From: an uncultured Gammaproteobacteria bacterium
GTDB taxonomy: Bacteria > Patescibacteriota > Patescibacteriia > Magasanikbacterales > GWA2-37-8
Assembly: GCA_964634875.1 (NCBI GenBank)
Contig: CAZWKA010000002.1
Coordinates: 15,590-79,589, forward strand
Direction: 5' to 3'
Length of the DNA stretch: 64,000 nt
Shown: positions 1 through 10,135 of the stretch, piece after piece
Layout of the letters: each line of letters begins with the position of its first letter
Position numbering within the stretch: position 1 is the stretch's first letter
Position numbers and translations under genes: made by a program
Notes under the pieces: model-generated
Databases searched by the model: none
What the model was told of the DNA's origin: nothing
Seen by the model: only the letters and a program-made list of their open reading frames with translations

Positions 1-1340
1 CGATCGAAAAACACACCAGCCGGGAACTGGGACAATACCAGGTTGCCGATGTGCCCATCTCGTTTACTGATGGCACCCTGCTCCAGGCAAATGGCAGTAA
101 CCAAACCTATGTCATTGAAAAAGGTAAAAAGCGCTTGATCGCCGATAACGATACGTTTATTGCTCTTGGCTATAAACGGGCCAATGTCGTCCCGGTTGAT
201 CTGGTTGCAACACTTAACATTCCGAATGGAGAGCCTTTATTCCTCAATACCGCGCTTCTTTCTTCTAAAAATAAATTTTTGGGCGATGCTGAAGCTGAAG
301 TGTTTGATCAGTACGGTTCAAAACTCCCGGCGTATCTTATTGCGGAGTACCCAAGCGGACGTATTATTAGCGGAAAAAATATTGACACTCAACATTCCAT
401 AGCTTCGCTTACTAAAGTAATAACTGCCTACGAAGCGCTTAACCAGAACTTTAAGCCAGAGGCAGCAACGAGTTATAGTGCTGAAAAGTATGCCATCGAG
501 ACTAATACGCTTAGCCTTAAAGAAGGTGAGAAAATAAAGAATAACGACCTTTTGAATACCCTGCTGGTTGGTTCTATAAACAATGTAGCCCGTATGGTGG
601 TGGCTGCAACAGGGTTAACTGAAGGAGAAATGCTGAGCAAGATTAATAACCGTCTCGCCAACTGGGGTGCAGATAGCACGACAGTCACCGATGTTACCGG
701 TCTTGACGAAGGAAATAAATCCACCGCCCGAGATCTTTTAAAGATCTTTGCCAAAGCGCTCGAAAATCCAGACCTTAAAAAAATCATGGCTAAAGATGGC
801 TTTACCTTTACCAGCACACTTGGCAAGAAGAACGTCGTACACGGCGTAAAGAACACTAATCAACTCTTTTTTTCAGCTAAGAAAAATTACACCATCCTTG
901 ACAGCAAAACGGGCTATACTGATGAAGCGGGAGGTGTTATGATGATGCTAGTACAAGTCGGCGGCACCAAACAGGCAGGAGCTACGCTGAAAACAACGCT
1001 TAAACAAGGTTCTTCGGGAAGTGAAGTTACCTTGCTACAACAGTTACTCCAAAAAAATGGTTACCTGGCAACTTCAGTGAAGCCTAATGGTAATTTTGGA
1101 CCCAGCACGCTCGCGGCGGTCAAAAAATTTCAGCAGGCCAAAAAGTTAACCGCCGAAGGCTTGGTTGGTCCTGCCACGCGGGCAGCCCTTAACGCCACAA
1201 TTACGTCTGGCACCACTGGCGGAAAACAATATGTTATTGTGACGCTTGGCAATAACGACTACGCCCGACGTTTTGACGAACCTCATGCCATGGCTGAATG
1301 GTTAGCTAAAGGCAATTTCACTGTCGCCAGTAAGAAATAA
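1..1340 (+). CDS. D-alanyl-D-alanine carboxypeptidase (serine-type, S11/PBP5-like) with C-terminal peptidoglycan-binding domain; 5'-partial. The reading frame is open to the window edge and the first in-frame start inside the window is GTG at 51.
   Basis: SxxK active-site motif 'SIASLTKV'. The C-terminus has a PG_binding_1-like repeat ('LLQQLLQKNGYLATSVKPNGNFGPSTLAAVKKFQ...'). There is no stop codon upstream in frame and no signal peptide at the 51 start, so the N-terminus probably lies outside the window. Confidence 0.6.
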   Translation, partial: IEKHTSRELGQYQVADVPISFTDGTLLQANGSNQTYVIEKGKKRLIADNDTFIALGYKRANVVPVDLVATLNIPNGEPLFLNTALLSSKNKFLGDAEAEVFDQYGSKLPAYLIAEYPSGRIISGKNIDTQHSIASLTKVITAYEALNQNFKPEAATSYSAEKYAIETNTLSLKEGEKIKNNDLLNTLLVGSINNVARMVVAATGLTEGEMLSKINNRLANWGADSTTVTDVTGLDEGNKSTARDLLKIFAKALENPDLKKIMAKDGFTFTSTLGKKNVVHGVKNTNQLFFSAKKNYTILDSKTGYTDEAGGVMMMLVQVGGTKQAGATLKTTLKQGSSGSEVTLLQQLLQKNGYLATSVKPNGNFGPSTLAAVKKFQQAKKLTAEGLVGPATRAALNATITSGTTGGKQYVIVTLGNNDYARRFDEPHAMAEWLAKGNFTVASKK

Positions 1341-1378
1341 AACATACTTTTTATACCTTACTCATTACCCGTAAACGT

Positions 1379-2170
1379 ATGTCCCTCGCCTTTGCGGCCA
1401 TTGTACCGCACCCACCGCTCTTAATTCCATCAATTGGCAAGGAAGCTATTAAGAAAATTGATAAGACCAAGCGGGCGATGGAAAAATTGGAAGAAGATCT
1501 GTACCTCAGCCATCCGGATGTTATTATTATTTTTTCCCCCCATAGCCGCTTATTAAAAGACTCCTTTACGGTCAATGTTTCACCCGAATACCAAAGCGAC
1601 CTGCGCGAATTTGGTGACCTTTCTACCAAACTAAAAGTAAAAGGTGAGCTTAATTTGATGAGTCAACTCCGGAAATCTGCCGAGGAAAATAAAATTTCCA
1701 CCTCTATGATTACGGAAAATATCCTCGATCACGGATTAACAGTACCTTTGTTTTATCTAACCCCCCATTTACCCAACGTCACTATTTTACCAATTGGTTT
1801 TTGTGAAGCTGATGCCAAAACACACCTCGATTTTGGTTCACTTCTTAAAGAACAAATTATGAACAGTACTAAGCGCGTTGCCGTCCTAGCATCCGGCGAC
1901 TTATCGCACGCGCTAACTACTGATGCCCCTGCTGGTTTTAACCCAGCTGGCCCAGAGTTTGATGCCAAAATCCAGCAATTACTGGCCACTCAAAATACCA
2001 CAGGCTTCCTTCAGCTTGACCAGGAAATGGTTAAGAATTCTGCGGAATGTGGTTTCCGGACATTCCTGATGCTTATGGGCGTTTTGCGCGGTGTTCATTA
2101 CACCTACCAATCCTATGCGTATGAAGCTCCGTTTGGTGTCGGTTATCTTACCGCCAACTTCGCTATCTAA
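1379..2170 (+). CDS. Class III extradiol dioxygenase / LigB-family (AmmeMemo-B-like) protein
   Basis: N-terminus 'AIVPHPPLLIP' plus the His-rich pattern typical of the LigB/DODA/Memo fold. A 263 aa intact ORF. Confidence 0.45.
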   Translation: MSLAFAAIVPHPPLLIPSIGKEAIKKIDKTKRAMEKLEEDLYLSHPDVIIIFSPHSRLLKDSFTVNVSPEYQSDLREFGDLSTKLKVKGELNLMSQLRKSAEENKISTSMITENILDHGLTVPLFYLTPHLPNVTILPIGFCEADAKTHLDFGSLLKEQIMNSTKRVAVLASGDLSHALTTDAPAGFNPAGPEFDAKIQQLLATQNTTGFLQLDQEMVKNSAECGFRTFLMLMGVLRGVHYTYQSYAYEAPFGVGYLTANFAI

Positions 2171-2178
2171 TTGACCTG

Positions 2179-4081
2179 TATGCACTTGTGCCGCGTGATT
2201 GTGGTTGGCCGTATGCCGCTTGACCTTCCTTTTTTTGATTACAGCGTTCCTTCAGAACTCCAAACAAAATTGGCTGTAGGCCAATTGCTGAGCGTTCCGT
2301 TCCGCGGAAAACAGCATAGTGCTGTAGCGATTGCATTTCCCAAGACTCCCCCGGTCAGGAACGGTAAACTCGTCGCGCTCAAACCAATTACTGCCATACT
2401 CAACAACCAACCAGCCTTTTCTGAAGCGTACCTCAATTTTTTAGCTGAAATGGCTGATTTTTATGCTGTTTCTCCAGGCTTTTTACTTAAAAGCGCTTTT
2501 TTTGAACTTACTAAAAAAAACATAGCGATGTTTGGTGCTTTAACGTTCGAGCCATTCGTAGCTGCACCGGCAATCCAGCACAAACCCACTTTGTTTGTCC
2601 ACCACACCGAAGAAGAGAAAAAAAACCATCTTTTGCATTCACTTGATCCTCAGGGTCAAAATTTAATCCTGGTACCAGAGGTAAACCAAGCAACCCAAAC
2701 TGCCCAACTGCTTTTTGGAGATGTTTTTGAAGAAAAAGCAACTATCCTGACCAGTGAAACAAAAAATACTGCGATCAGTAAGCTTTGGTTCAAAATATGG
2801 CAACAGGAGCCACTAACGCTTGTTGCCACCAGGCGGGCGCTTTTTTTACCTTGGAAAAGCTTGCAAAATATTTTTCTCACCGATGAAGGTAGTCCGAGCT
2901 ATAAAAGCTGGGACATGGCACCGCGGTTTGAGACCCGCGATGCAGTTTTTTTACTGCAGCGGCATTTGGGCGCTCAAACACACCTGATGAGTCCGACACC
3001 AAGCGTTGAAAGCTTCTTTTTTGCCAAGAAAAAAGTGTATGCTTTTGCATCATCCCAGGAGATGCCGTTTACCAGCGAAAAAACTGAACTTATCGACCTC
3101 AAAGATGAGCAGCGCGGAGGGAACTACGGTTTTTTTGCCGATGAATCGCTTGCCGCTCTCCGAACTGGCTTACAAAGTGGCAATGTTTTTATTCTTTCTA
3201 GCCATCGAGGCAGTGTGAGTTCGGTAGCGTGCCGGGATTGCAGCTTCGTGCCAAGGTGCGGGGTATGCGTCAGGCCGTTTAGTTACCATGAAGACACCAA
3301 GGAGCTCGTCTGCCATTTTTGCGGTACCCGCAAACCCATGCTCTTACAATGTGAAAATTGTCGTGGAACTGACCTGGCAGCTCGGGGAATTGGCACGCAA
3401 AAGGTAGAACGCGAATTACGACGCAAACTAAAAGACCTTGTAGACACGGTAATTTTTGTACGGATAGATAGCGATTCCGAGGCTGTGCCTGTATTTGAGG
3501 CTGGAAAACCACATATTATTATCGGCACCGAACGAGCGCTCGGTTTTATAGACTGGTCAAAAATTACTTGTACCTTATTGATCGATCCCGACACCCTGTT
3601 GTTTATTCCCGAATACAAAATTGCTGAACGGCTCTGGCAGACTATCCGCGGCATTGAATACGCTAGTCCCGAAAAGGCTCGGTTGTTGGTACAAACCAAG
3701 CATTCTGAACACGTTGTTTTTAACAATCTTAAGCGTCCCGAACGTTTTTACGTCAAAGAGCTGCAACAACGTAAATTCTTTGGTTACCCTCCCTTTAATT
3801 TTATCTTAAAACTTTCTTTTGGACACCAGTTTAAAGATGCTTCCGAACGGGAAGCTAACCGTCTTTTTAGCGAGCTCACCAGATTGACGGCGGGGCGTAA
3901 AGACTGTATAATAACGCATCCTTTAGCCACTGCCCCCGCTTTTTTTAAGAAGCGTTCTTGGCACGTTATCCTGGTTAAGGTAGACTATAGGAACTATAAA
4001 CGGACGGTCAAAGAATTGCTTAAGCACGTCCCTGATACCTGGAAAGTAGATCCCAATCCCCAATCATTATTAGGTTTTTAA
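2179..4081 (+). CDS. priA: Primosomal protein N' (PriA-like) with degenerate helicase motifs. A TTG at 2171 is an alternative start.
   Basis: N-terminus 'RVIVVGRMPLDLPFFDYSVP' aligns to the PriA N-terminus. 'LILVPEVNQATQ' is the PriA motif-Ia-like segment. A CxxC...CxxC zinc-binding insert is present ('CRDCSFVPRCGVCVRPFSYH...CHFCG...CENC'). There is no GxGKT P-loop, and the DEAH motif reads 'DEGS'. Confidence 0.65.
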
Positions 4082-4123
4082 ATCTAAATTTCTTAAGACC
4101 ACTATTAGAGCATTTCTTACCAT

Positions 4124-4624
4124 ATGATCTACGACATTGTTTTTGATCCTAATCCCATCCTCCACAAACGGAGCAGCGACATTGATCCCAAAGAAATTTC
4201 GGGTAAAGAAATGCAAAAGTTTGTAAAAGATATGGTGGATACAATGTATGCCAAAGATGGCGTAGGTCTGGCAGCGGTCCAAGTCGGCGTTGGCAAACAG
4301 CTCTGTGTAATTGCCAAAGAATACAATGAACTTACTAAGCGGAAGTGTCTGACGCTTATTAATCCTACCTGGGTTAAGTTATCCAGTAAAACAGCTTGGG
4401 ATGAGGAAGGTTGTTTATCGGTGCCCGGAATCTATGGAAAAGTAAAGCGGTATACCAAAATTAAAGTTAAAGCCCTTGATGAACACGGTAAAGAGCTTGA
4501 ATTTATTGCCGAGGATTTTTTTGCCCGCATCATCCAACACGAAGCCGATCATTTAAACGGGACTCTGTTTATTGAAAAGGCCAAGGATCTCCGAAAAATT
4601 GATCACGGCAAAATTGGTATCTAA
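4124..4624 (+). CDS. def: Peptide deformylase
   Basis: All three PDF motifs are present: 'GVGLAAVQVG', 'EGCLSVPG' and 'HEADHLNG'. Confidence 0.93.
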   Translation: MIYDIVFDPNPILHKRSSDIDPKEISGKEMQKFVKDMVDTMYAKDGVGLAAVQVGVGKQLCVIAKEYNELTKRKCLTLINPTWVKLSSKTAWDEEGCLSVPGIYGKVKRYTKIKVKALDEHGKELEFIAEDFFARIIQHEADHLNGTLFIEKAKDLRKIDHGKIGI

Positions 4625-4642
4625 AAATCAATAGTTACTCGT

Positions 4643-5560
4643 ATGCAGCTACCAACAATTACTTTTTTTGGAACCCATGACTTCGGTGCTGCCATGCTGA
4701 CCGCCCTTATTTCGAGCGGTCTTTTTACTATTGAAGCCGTTGTTACCCAGCCTGACCGGCCTGCCGGACGTGGAAACGAAATTCAAGAATCGGTGGTTAA
4801 AAAGATTGCCCGTGAACATGGTCTCGCCATTTTACAGCCCGAAACGCTCAAAACCACCGACACTACTTTTCCTGTTTCAGACCTATTTGTTGTCTGTCAG
4901 TACGGCCTCATTATTCCACAGCACATTTTGGATATTCCGAAAAAAGGTACCATCAATGTCCATACTTCCCTGCTACCAAAATATCGAGGTGCTTCTCCTA
5001 TCCAAACCGCCCTTTTAAAAGGCGAAACTGAAACCGGCGTTACTATCATGCTCATGGACGCACAAATGGATCATGGAGCCATTTTAAGCCAAGCGACCGT
5101 GCCTGTTGGTCCTGATGAGACTTACCTGGAACTGAGTAAAAAAATGGAACCTGTCGCTGCTGAGCTGTTACTGACCACACTCCCTCTTTGGATCACGGGA
5201 AGTATAGCGCCCGAACCACAAAACGAAGCTGATGTTACCCTTTGTAAAATGTTTACACGCGACGATGGTAAAATTGATTTTTCTCGCTCAGCAACTGAAA
5301 TATATAACCAGTACCGAGGTCTGACGCCGTGGCCAGGTATTTGGACAATATGGAACGGGAAACGATTGAAATTATTGGAAATTAAACCTGTGAAGCAAAA
5401 AATTGAGCCAGGTGTTGTTAAGGTGTTCGAAGAAAATGTATATATTGGATGCAATGGGGATGCGATCGAAATTTTAGAGCTACAGCTCGAAGGAAAAAAA
5501 GCTATGACACCAAAGCAATTTTTAAACGGCAACAAGGAAATCGAAAATACGCAACTTTAA
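4643..5560 (+). CDS. fmt: Methionyl-tRNA formyltransferase
   Basis: Formyl_trans_N and Formyl_trans_C architecture ('ITFFGT..F', 'HTSLLPKYRGASPIQ'). It is adjacent to def, the classic def-fmt pair. Confidence 0.9.
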   Translation: MQLPTITFFGTHDFGAAMLTALISSGLFTIEAVVTQPDRPAGRGNEIQESVVKKIAREHGLAILQPETLKTTDTTFPVSDLFVVCQYGLIIPQHILDIPKKGTINVHTSLLPKYRGASPIQTALLKGETETGVTIMLMDAQMDHGAILSQATVPVGPDETYLELSKKMEPVAAELLLTTLPLWITGSIAPEPQNEADVTLCKMFTRDDGKIDFSRSATEIYNQYRGLTPWPGIWTIWNGKRLKLLEIKPVKQKIEPGVVKVFEENVYIGCNGDAIEILELQLEGKKAMTPKQFLNGNKEIENTQL

Positions 5561-5564
5561 AAAA

Positions 5565-6998
5565 TTGATGAATAATTTGGGAGTGAAAAATTTTACCCAC
5601 AAAACTCTTCTGTGCTTATTTGCCTACGCTGCGATCCGCTGCGTATCTTATATTTTTCCACCCGACACACCACTGCATGGTGCGTCGATTTTTAATACGA
5701 TCGTTGCCGCTGTCGCTGTAGCCGTAGTTGGCTATTTGCTGGTTAAAAAGAATATGTGGGGCTGGTATCTCGTGGCTGGTGAAATAATCCTTGGTGGTGC
5801 GGGTAATTTTTTTGCTTTATATGGAATCTCACTCCGTACTTGTCTTTTATTCGTGTCGCTGGGAATATTTTTTGTGCAGCAGATTGGAAGCTACAGACAT
5901 ATCGTTGCTACCAACCGAATTTTTGTCTATTTGTTAAGTTTCTTGTATCTCGTGGTCGGTTTAGCTGCCCTCCGAGGGTACTTGAACGGCCATGGTCTGG
6001 GGGCAGTTTTTGCAGACACTATCCCCTATCTTTTTTTTCTGTATGTTTTTCCATTACGGCAAGCTTTGCAACAAGAAAGCCAAAAATGCAATATCTTGGC
6101 CTGTAGCGCCCTAGCGGCTGCTATTATTGGAAACACCATCTTTATGGCCATGACCCTGGCCGGCTTCTCTAGCGGCCTCCTGGTACTGCAGGATGGCTTT
6201 TATCACTGGTTCCGGGATGTTGCGGGTGGTAAAATAACCGAATTACCTCTCCATTTCTATCGGATTGTTCTAAACGAGCAACTACTTTTGATTCCCATCC
6301 TTGTATGGTTATTCAATAGCTTGCTGAATAAGGTTGGCCAAAAAAAACTGTACCTGGCGCTGACCACGTGTTTGCTTATTGTTTTGTCGATCAATCTCAC
6401 ACGCAGCTACCTCTTAGCACTCGGTGTGGGATGTCTGTTATTATTCCGACCAAAAATTTGGAAACGTTGGATCGTCGGTGGAGTATTGCTCCTTGTTTCG
6501 TTCATAACTATTTTTATCGGTGTCCACCTGGCAGCTACCCGCGGCCAAAGTTTGGGGCTGGAAATTTTTGGCCTGCGCCTTCAGAGCATTGTCACCCCAT
6601 CACTTGAGCAAAGTTCACTCAGCCGTCTCTTATTGCTGCCCAAGATCACCGAAAAGATTAAAATGAGCCCTATTCTTGGCGAAGGCTTGGCTGACACGGT
6701 AACAGTGTATAGCCCAGTACTTAAAAAAGAAATTACGACCTCCCAATTTGATTGGGGCTATTTGGAAATTTGGGCAGAACTTGGTTTGATCGGACTTTTG
6801 GCCTGGGGACTCTTTGTTCTCTATCTTATGTATAATTTTAAGCAGCTCCGCTTTGTTCCAGCCTGGCAGCTTGCGAGTGTGGCGGCGCTACTGGTTATCA
6901 CGCTTACCTCACCTGCGCTTTTTCATGTACTCGGCATTATCTGGCTGACTATACTGCTCGCTAAAAATACTACCCATGAAATACCTGCAATTCTTTAA
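5565..6998 (+). CDS. Polytopic membrane protein, O-antigen ligase/Wzy-like (putative glycan polymerase/ligase)
   Basis: About 10-12 predicted TM helices and 477 aa. It heads a glycosylation gene cluster. The family assignment is by architecture only. Confidence 0.35.
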   Translation: MMNNLGVKNFTHKTLLCLFAYAAIRCVSYIFPPDTPLHGASIFNTIVAAVAVAVVGYLLVKKNMWGWYLVAGEIILGGAGNFFALYGISLRTCLLFVSLGIFFVQQIGSYRHIVATNRIFVYLLSFLYLVVGLAALRGYLNGHGLGAVFADTIPYLFFLYVFPLRQALQQESQKCNILACSALAAAIIGNTIFMAMTLAGFSSGLLVLQDGFYHWFRDVAGGKITELPLHFYRIVLNEQLLLIPILVWLFNSLLNKVGQKKLYLALTTCLLIVLSINLTRSYLLALGVGCLLLFRPKIWKRWIVGGVLLLVSFITIFIGVHLAATRGQSLGLEIFGLRLQSIVTPSLEQSSLSRLLLLPKITEKIKMSPILGEGLADTVTVYSPVLKKEITTSQFDWGYLEIWAELGLIGLLAWGLFVLYLMYNFKQLRFVPAWQLASVAALLVITLTSPALFHVLGIIWLTILLAKNTTHEIPAIL

Positions 6999-7043
6999 GA
7001 ACTGGCTGCAGCGCCTGCTGGTATACCGAACTCGGGTTGTTAT

Positions 7044-7802
7044 TTATTTTGTAACCGACCTGGTTAATTTTATCGTTCTCCCTTTTATCAAGAGTCGCTC
7101 CTTATACCATACTTTGATTTTATAACCAGCGTATTCGATAAGCTGCCTGAGAAAGCGGAGGTACTCGGATGAATTTAATTTTGACTGGCCGTGAAGGCGG
7201 GTGCGAAAGGTAAAAGGAATTTCAATCAGTGTGCGATATTTTGCTTTTACCAAAATTTCAAGCAGAATTTTATATCCCCTTGTAGTGAATTCGTTGTTTT
7301 CCATTATTGAACGTCGCACAAAGAAGTAGCCGCTGAGTGGGTCGGTAGCATGCGTTAGTTTTTGAGCCAGGTATACTCCAATACGCGAAATGCCTTCGCG
7401 ATACCAAGCCCAATTCATTACCCTGCTCCCAGCTTCAAACCGACTGGCGACGACCAGGTCACCTTTTTTGAGAGCAGTTATAAGCTCGGGCAAGAGTGCT
7501 GGAGGGTGGCTGAGGTCGGCATCCATAACTCCAACCAACGGACGACGTGAATGCGCAAAACCAGCGATCACAGCACTCCCAAGACCAAGTTTGCCGGTAC
7601 GCTTAATAACACTTACAGGAAATGTTGAGCTTAATTTGTGAGCGACAGCTGCTGTGCCGTCCGGGGAATTATCATCAACAATGATAACCTCAAGATCGAT
7701 CTGGGCAGGATTAATAGATTCAAAAATTTCTTTAAGAAGGTGTGGTAGATTTTTTGCTTCGTTATAGGTGGGTATAATAAGAGAAGCGTACAGCATATAC
7801 AT
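7044..7802 (-). CDS. GT2 polyprenol-phosphate mannose/glucose synthase (DPM1-like)
   Basis: N-terminus 'LIIPTYNEAKNL' and a 'VIIVDDNSPDGT' DxD region. At ~250 aa it is the short DPM1/GtrB-like form. Confidence 0.75.
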   Translation of the reverse strand: MYMLYASLIIPTYNEAKNLPHLLKEIFESINPAQIDLEVIIVDDNSPDGTAAVAHKLSSTFPVSVIKRTGKLGLGSAVIAGFAHSRRPLVGVMDADLSHPPALLPELITALKKGDLVVASRFEAGSRVMNWAWYREGISRIGVYLAQKLTHATDPLSGYFFVRRSIMENNEFTTRGYKILLEILVKAKYRTLIEIPFTFRTRLHGQSKLNSSEYLRFLRQLIEYAGYKIKVWYKERLLIKGRTIKLTRSVTK

Positions 7803-7807
7803 TCAGA

Positions 7808-9304
7808 TTAACGAGGTTGATACACCTCTACATTTTCCAGCTTTTTAATCAGGACAAAATTTTTAAGGAGCTCGTCAACACGTTCTGGAAAATTCTGTCC
7901 ACCGTAACGGTTGATTATAAGACGATTAGTACTGGCCCCCCTGGCTTCGTCTTCAGTTTCGGTGCGGCGCATTTGGGTACTGAACCCCGACCAATCGTTG
8001 GGGTTGTAGACTGGCCAATCAATGTTGTAGAGCACGACAGCTTGCTCGCCAAAGTAGTATTTGGCTACCAAGTAGTCAAAGGAATTGAGGACGTATAAAG
8101 ATTGGCTGTGGTCAACAATCTTTTCTTTAAGAAGCAGGTTATACCCTTCTGAATACGGTGGAATTCTTATAAGCAGGATAAAGCTCAAATAAAGGGCGAA
8201 GAAAATAATGGCATACCTTTGACGCATGTCCGCAAGCCATAATCCCAACAACACATATACAAAGAAAGCAGCGGGAATGAGATAGCGGGCAACAAAAAAA
8301 TCTTTTCCAATAAGAGAAAGATGGGCGACGAGCGCAAGGAAGCCTGCTGACCAAAGCACGAGTATTTGAACATCTCTTTTCCTGGCGCGTGCTAGTCGGA
8401 AACTGGCAACCAGCAATATAACGATACTTGCGGTGATGCCGACAACAGGAGTAAGAAGCAGGTTAGGGTTGGGATCAAGCATCCCCTGTTGCCCAAGTGG
8501 GTGCCCTACGAAGAAGATGTACAGCGTTCCAAAAAAATCTGACCAGGTAACAGGAGCTATCCAGCTAATCCGGTCGCTGACCGCGGTAAATTGACGGATA
8601 AAGCTGGGAAGCCACGGTAAAAATACCACTAAGCCCACAACATAACCCAACCAAACTTTTGGAGAAAAAATGATTTTTAGGCCATTCTTTAATCCTCCTC
8701 GATTTTCTTGAGACCATTGCCAGATACAAAAAGCTACTAAAAAAAGAGCAGAAAAAACGATTGTTAAGGTGTGAGTCAGCCACGAGAGGCCCATACAAAG
8801 CCCCCAGAGCACGAATTGCCCCCTATTACCGGTTTTGACCGCTCGAACGAAGAAATAGGCCGCCAGAAGGCACAGAAAAGCGACCATGGCATACATACGA
8901 GCTTCCTGAGAGTATTGCACCGCGAATGGTGCTATCGCTGCTAAAAGCGCACCCCACAGCCCTGCCCGAACAGAGGCAAGTTCTTTAGCGATCCGATAGG
9001 TCAGGTACACACTGCCAATCCCCCACATTACTGAAAACAGGCGTAAAACCACAACAGATGTGCTACCAAGGAGGGTGGCAAAAAGTTTAAGTCCTAAAAA
9101 ATAGAGTGGCGGATGAGTGTCACCTGCAACTGCTTGAAGCAGTTCCGCCCAGTTATATCGGACAATAACGCCGACAAAGGCTTCATCATACCAGAAGTCA
9201 CGCTTTCCCAAGTGCCAAACCCTGAGGACAAAAGCTAGAAGTATAATGAGATATACTGCATACTGGTTAAAAAAATTTTGCTTTTTAGCGAGAAAATCGG
9301 GCAT
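7808..9304 (-). CDS. GT39/GT83-family membrane glycosyltransferase (PMT/ArnT-like dolichyl/undecaprenyl-phosphate-sugar-dependent transferase)
   Basis: 'DEAFVGVIVRYNWAEL' is a PMT_2-like DE motif in the first loop. The protein is ~500 aa with multiple TM helices. The ORF track extends it to a TTG at 9391; the ATG at 9304 is preferred. Confidence 0.6.
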   Translation of the reverse strand: MPDFLAKKQNFFNQYAVYLIILLAFVLRVWHLGKRDFWYDEAFVGVIVRYNWAELLQAVAGDTHPPLYFLGLKLFATLLGSTSVVVLRLFSVMWGIGSVYLTYRIAKELASVRAGLWGALLAAIAPFAVQYSQEARMYAMVAFLCLLAAYFFVRAVKTGNRGQFVLWGLCMGLSWLTHTLTIVFSALFLVAFCIWQWSQENRGGLKNGLKIIFSPKVWLGYVVGLVVFLPWLPSFIRQFTAVSDRISWIAPVTWSDFFGTLYIFFVGHPLGQQGMLDPNPNLLLTPVVGITASIVILLVASFRLARARKRDVQILVLWSAGFLALVAHLSLIGKDFFVARYLIPAAFFVYVLLGLWLADMRQRYAIIFFALYLSFILLIRIPPYSEGYNLLLKEKIVDHSQSLYVLNSFDYLVAKYYFGEQAVVLYNIDWPVYNPNDWSGFSTQMRRTETEDEARGASTNRLIINRYGGQNFPERVDELLKNFVLIKKLENVEVYQPR

Positions 9305-9412
9305 AACGGAAAAACATGACTTTATAGGTACCCTAGCAAATGATGCTACATTTGCCAACAGCGCAGCCCTCGGGGGCGAGGGCTGCTGCAAGTGTGGTTT
9401 TAGGGAAAAAAA

Positions 9413-10132
9413 TTATGACAGTTGGTGTTTTTCAAAAATTTTCTTTTTGGCCAGTTCGTAGGAAGCCATATTTTTGTTTTTCCAAGGTAATTTGTACATG
9501 AAAGTGGGAAGCCACGAACTAATTTTGATTTCGTCACGTTCACCCGTAAGCTTGGTAAACAGAACTTCAGGGATAAATAGACCAGTTTTTCCTTGAGCCA
9601 GGAGCGTAAGCCATACATCCCAGTCTTGAAAACGTTTTAAACTTTCGTCAAAACCAGGAAAAGCTTCGCGGCGCAGCAGGCTTGTGGTATCTATGTAGTT
9701 ATTTTTTTTAAGCTCTTCGGCGTTAAACGGGGCAGAGCGCATCGTCTTCCAGCCAAACTTAAAACGACTGTACACATACGCTTCGCTTGGATTATCAACT
9801 AAAGCCTGATGCATTTTCTGGAGCATGCCGGGTTCAGCGACAGTATCAGCGTCCCAAAAAATTACAAATTTTCCGGATGATTTTTTGAATCCACGATTTC
9901 GGGCGGCATTACTGCCCTGGTTTTCTTGATTAAGAATAACCAAGGGGAATTCATTTTTTTCTCCAAAATCTTGCAAAATTGGTAAAAGTTTTTCAAAACC
10001 GTCGGTACTGCCATCGTTGACAATAACCACCTCAAGGGGGCGGTAGGTTTGACCAATAAGGCTCGTTAAGCTCGCTTGGAGCGCAGCCGCATGGTTGTAA
10101 ACGGGAATAATAATACTGATGAGTTCATCCAT
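9413..10132 (-). CDS. Glycosyltransferase family 2
   Basis: 'IIIPVYNHAAAL...VVIVNDGSTDG' (Glycos_transf_2 motifs). Confidence 0.8.
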   Translation of the reverse strand: MDELISIIIPVYNHAAALQASLTSLIGQTYRPLEVVIVNDGSTDGFEKLLPILQDFGEKNEFPLVILNQENQGSNAARNRGFKKSSGKFVIFWDADTVAEPGMLQKMHQALVDNPSEAYVYSRFKFGWKTMRSAPFNAEELKKNNYIDTTSLLRREAFPGFDESLKRFQDWDVWLTLLAQGKTGLFIPEVLFTKLTGERDEIKISSWLPTFMYKLPWKNKNMASYELAKKKIFEKHQLS

Positions 10133-10135
10133 AAC

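Noticed and set aside
473-856. A 127-aa ORF on the opposite strand, inside the carboxypeptidase gene. Similar antisense or out-of-frame ORFs occur throughout the track (for example 3283-3726, 18916-19284, 34652-35065, 51864-52322).
   Set aside because: They are fully nested within well-supported genes on the other strand or in another frame. Their composition is low-complexity, with no Shine-Dalgarno or motif. They are treated as spurious.
9340-9395. A GC-rich hairpin (gcagccctcgggggcgagggctgc) between the GT39 and GT2 genes.
   Set aside because: It is not followed by a T-run on the transcribed (minus) strand. It is likely a stabilising stem or a weak attenuator rather than a terminator, and there is not enough evidence to call it.
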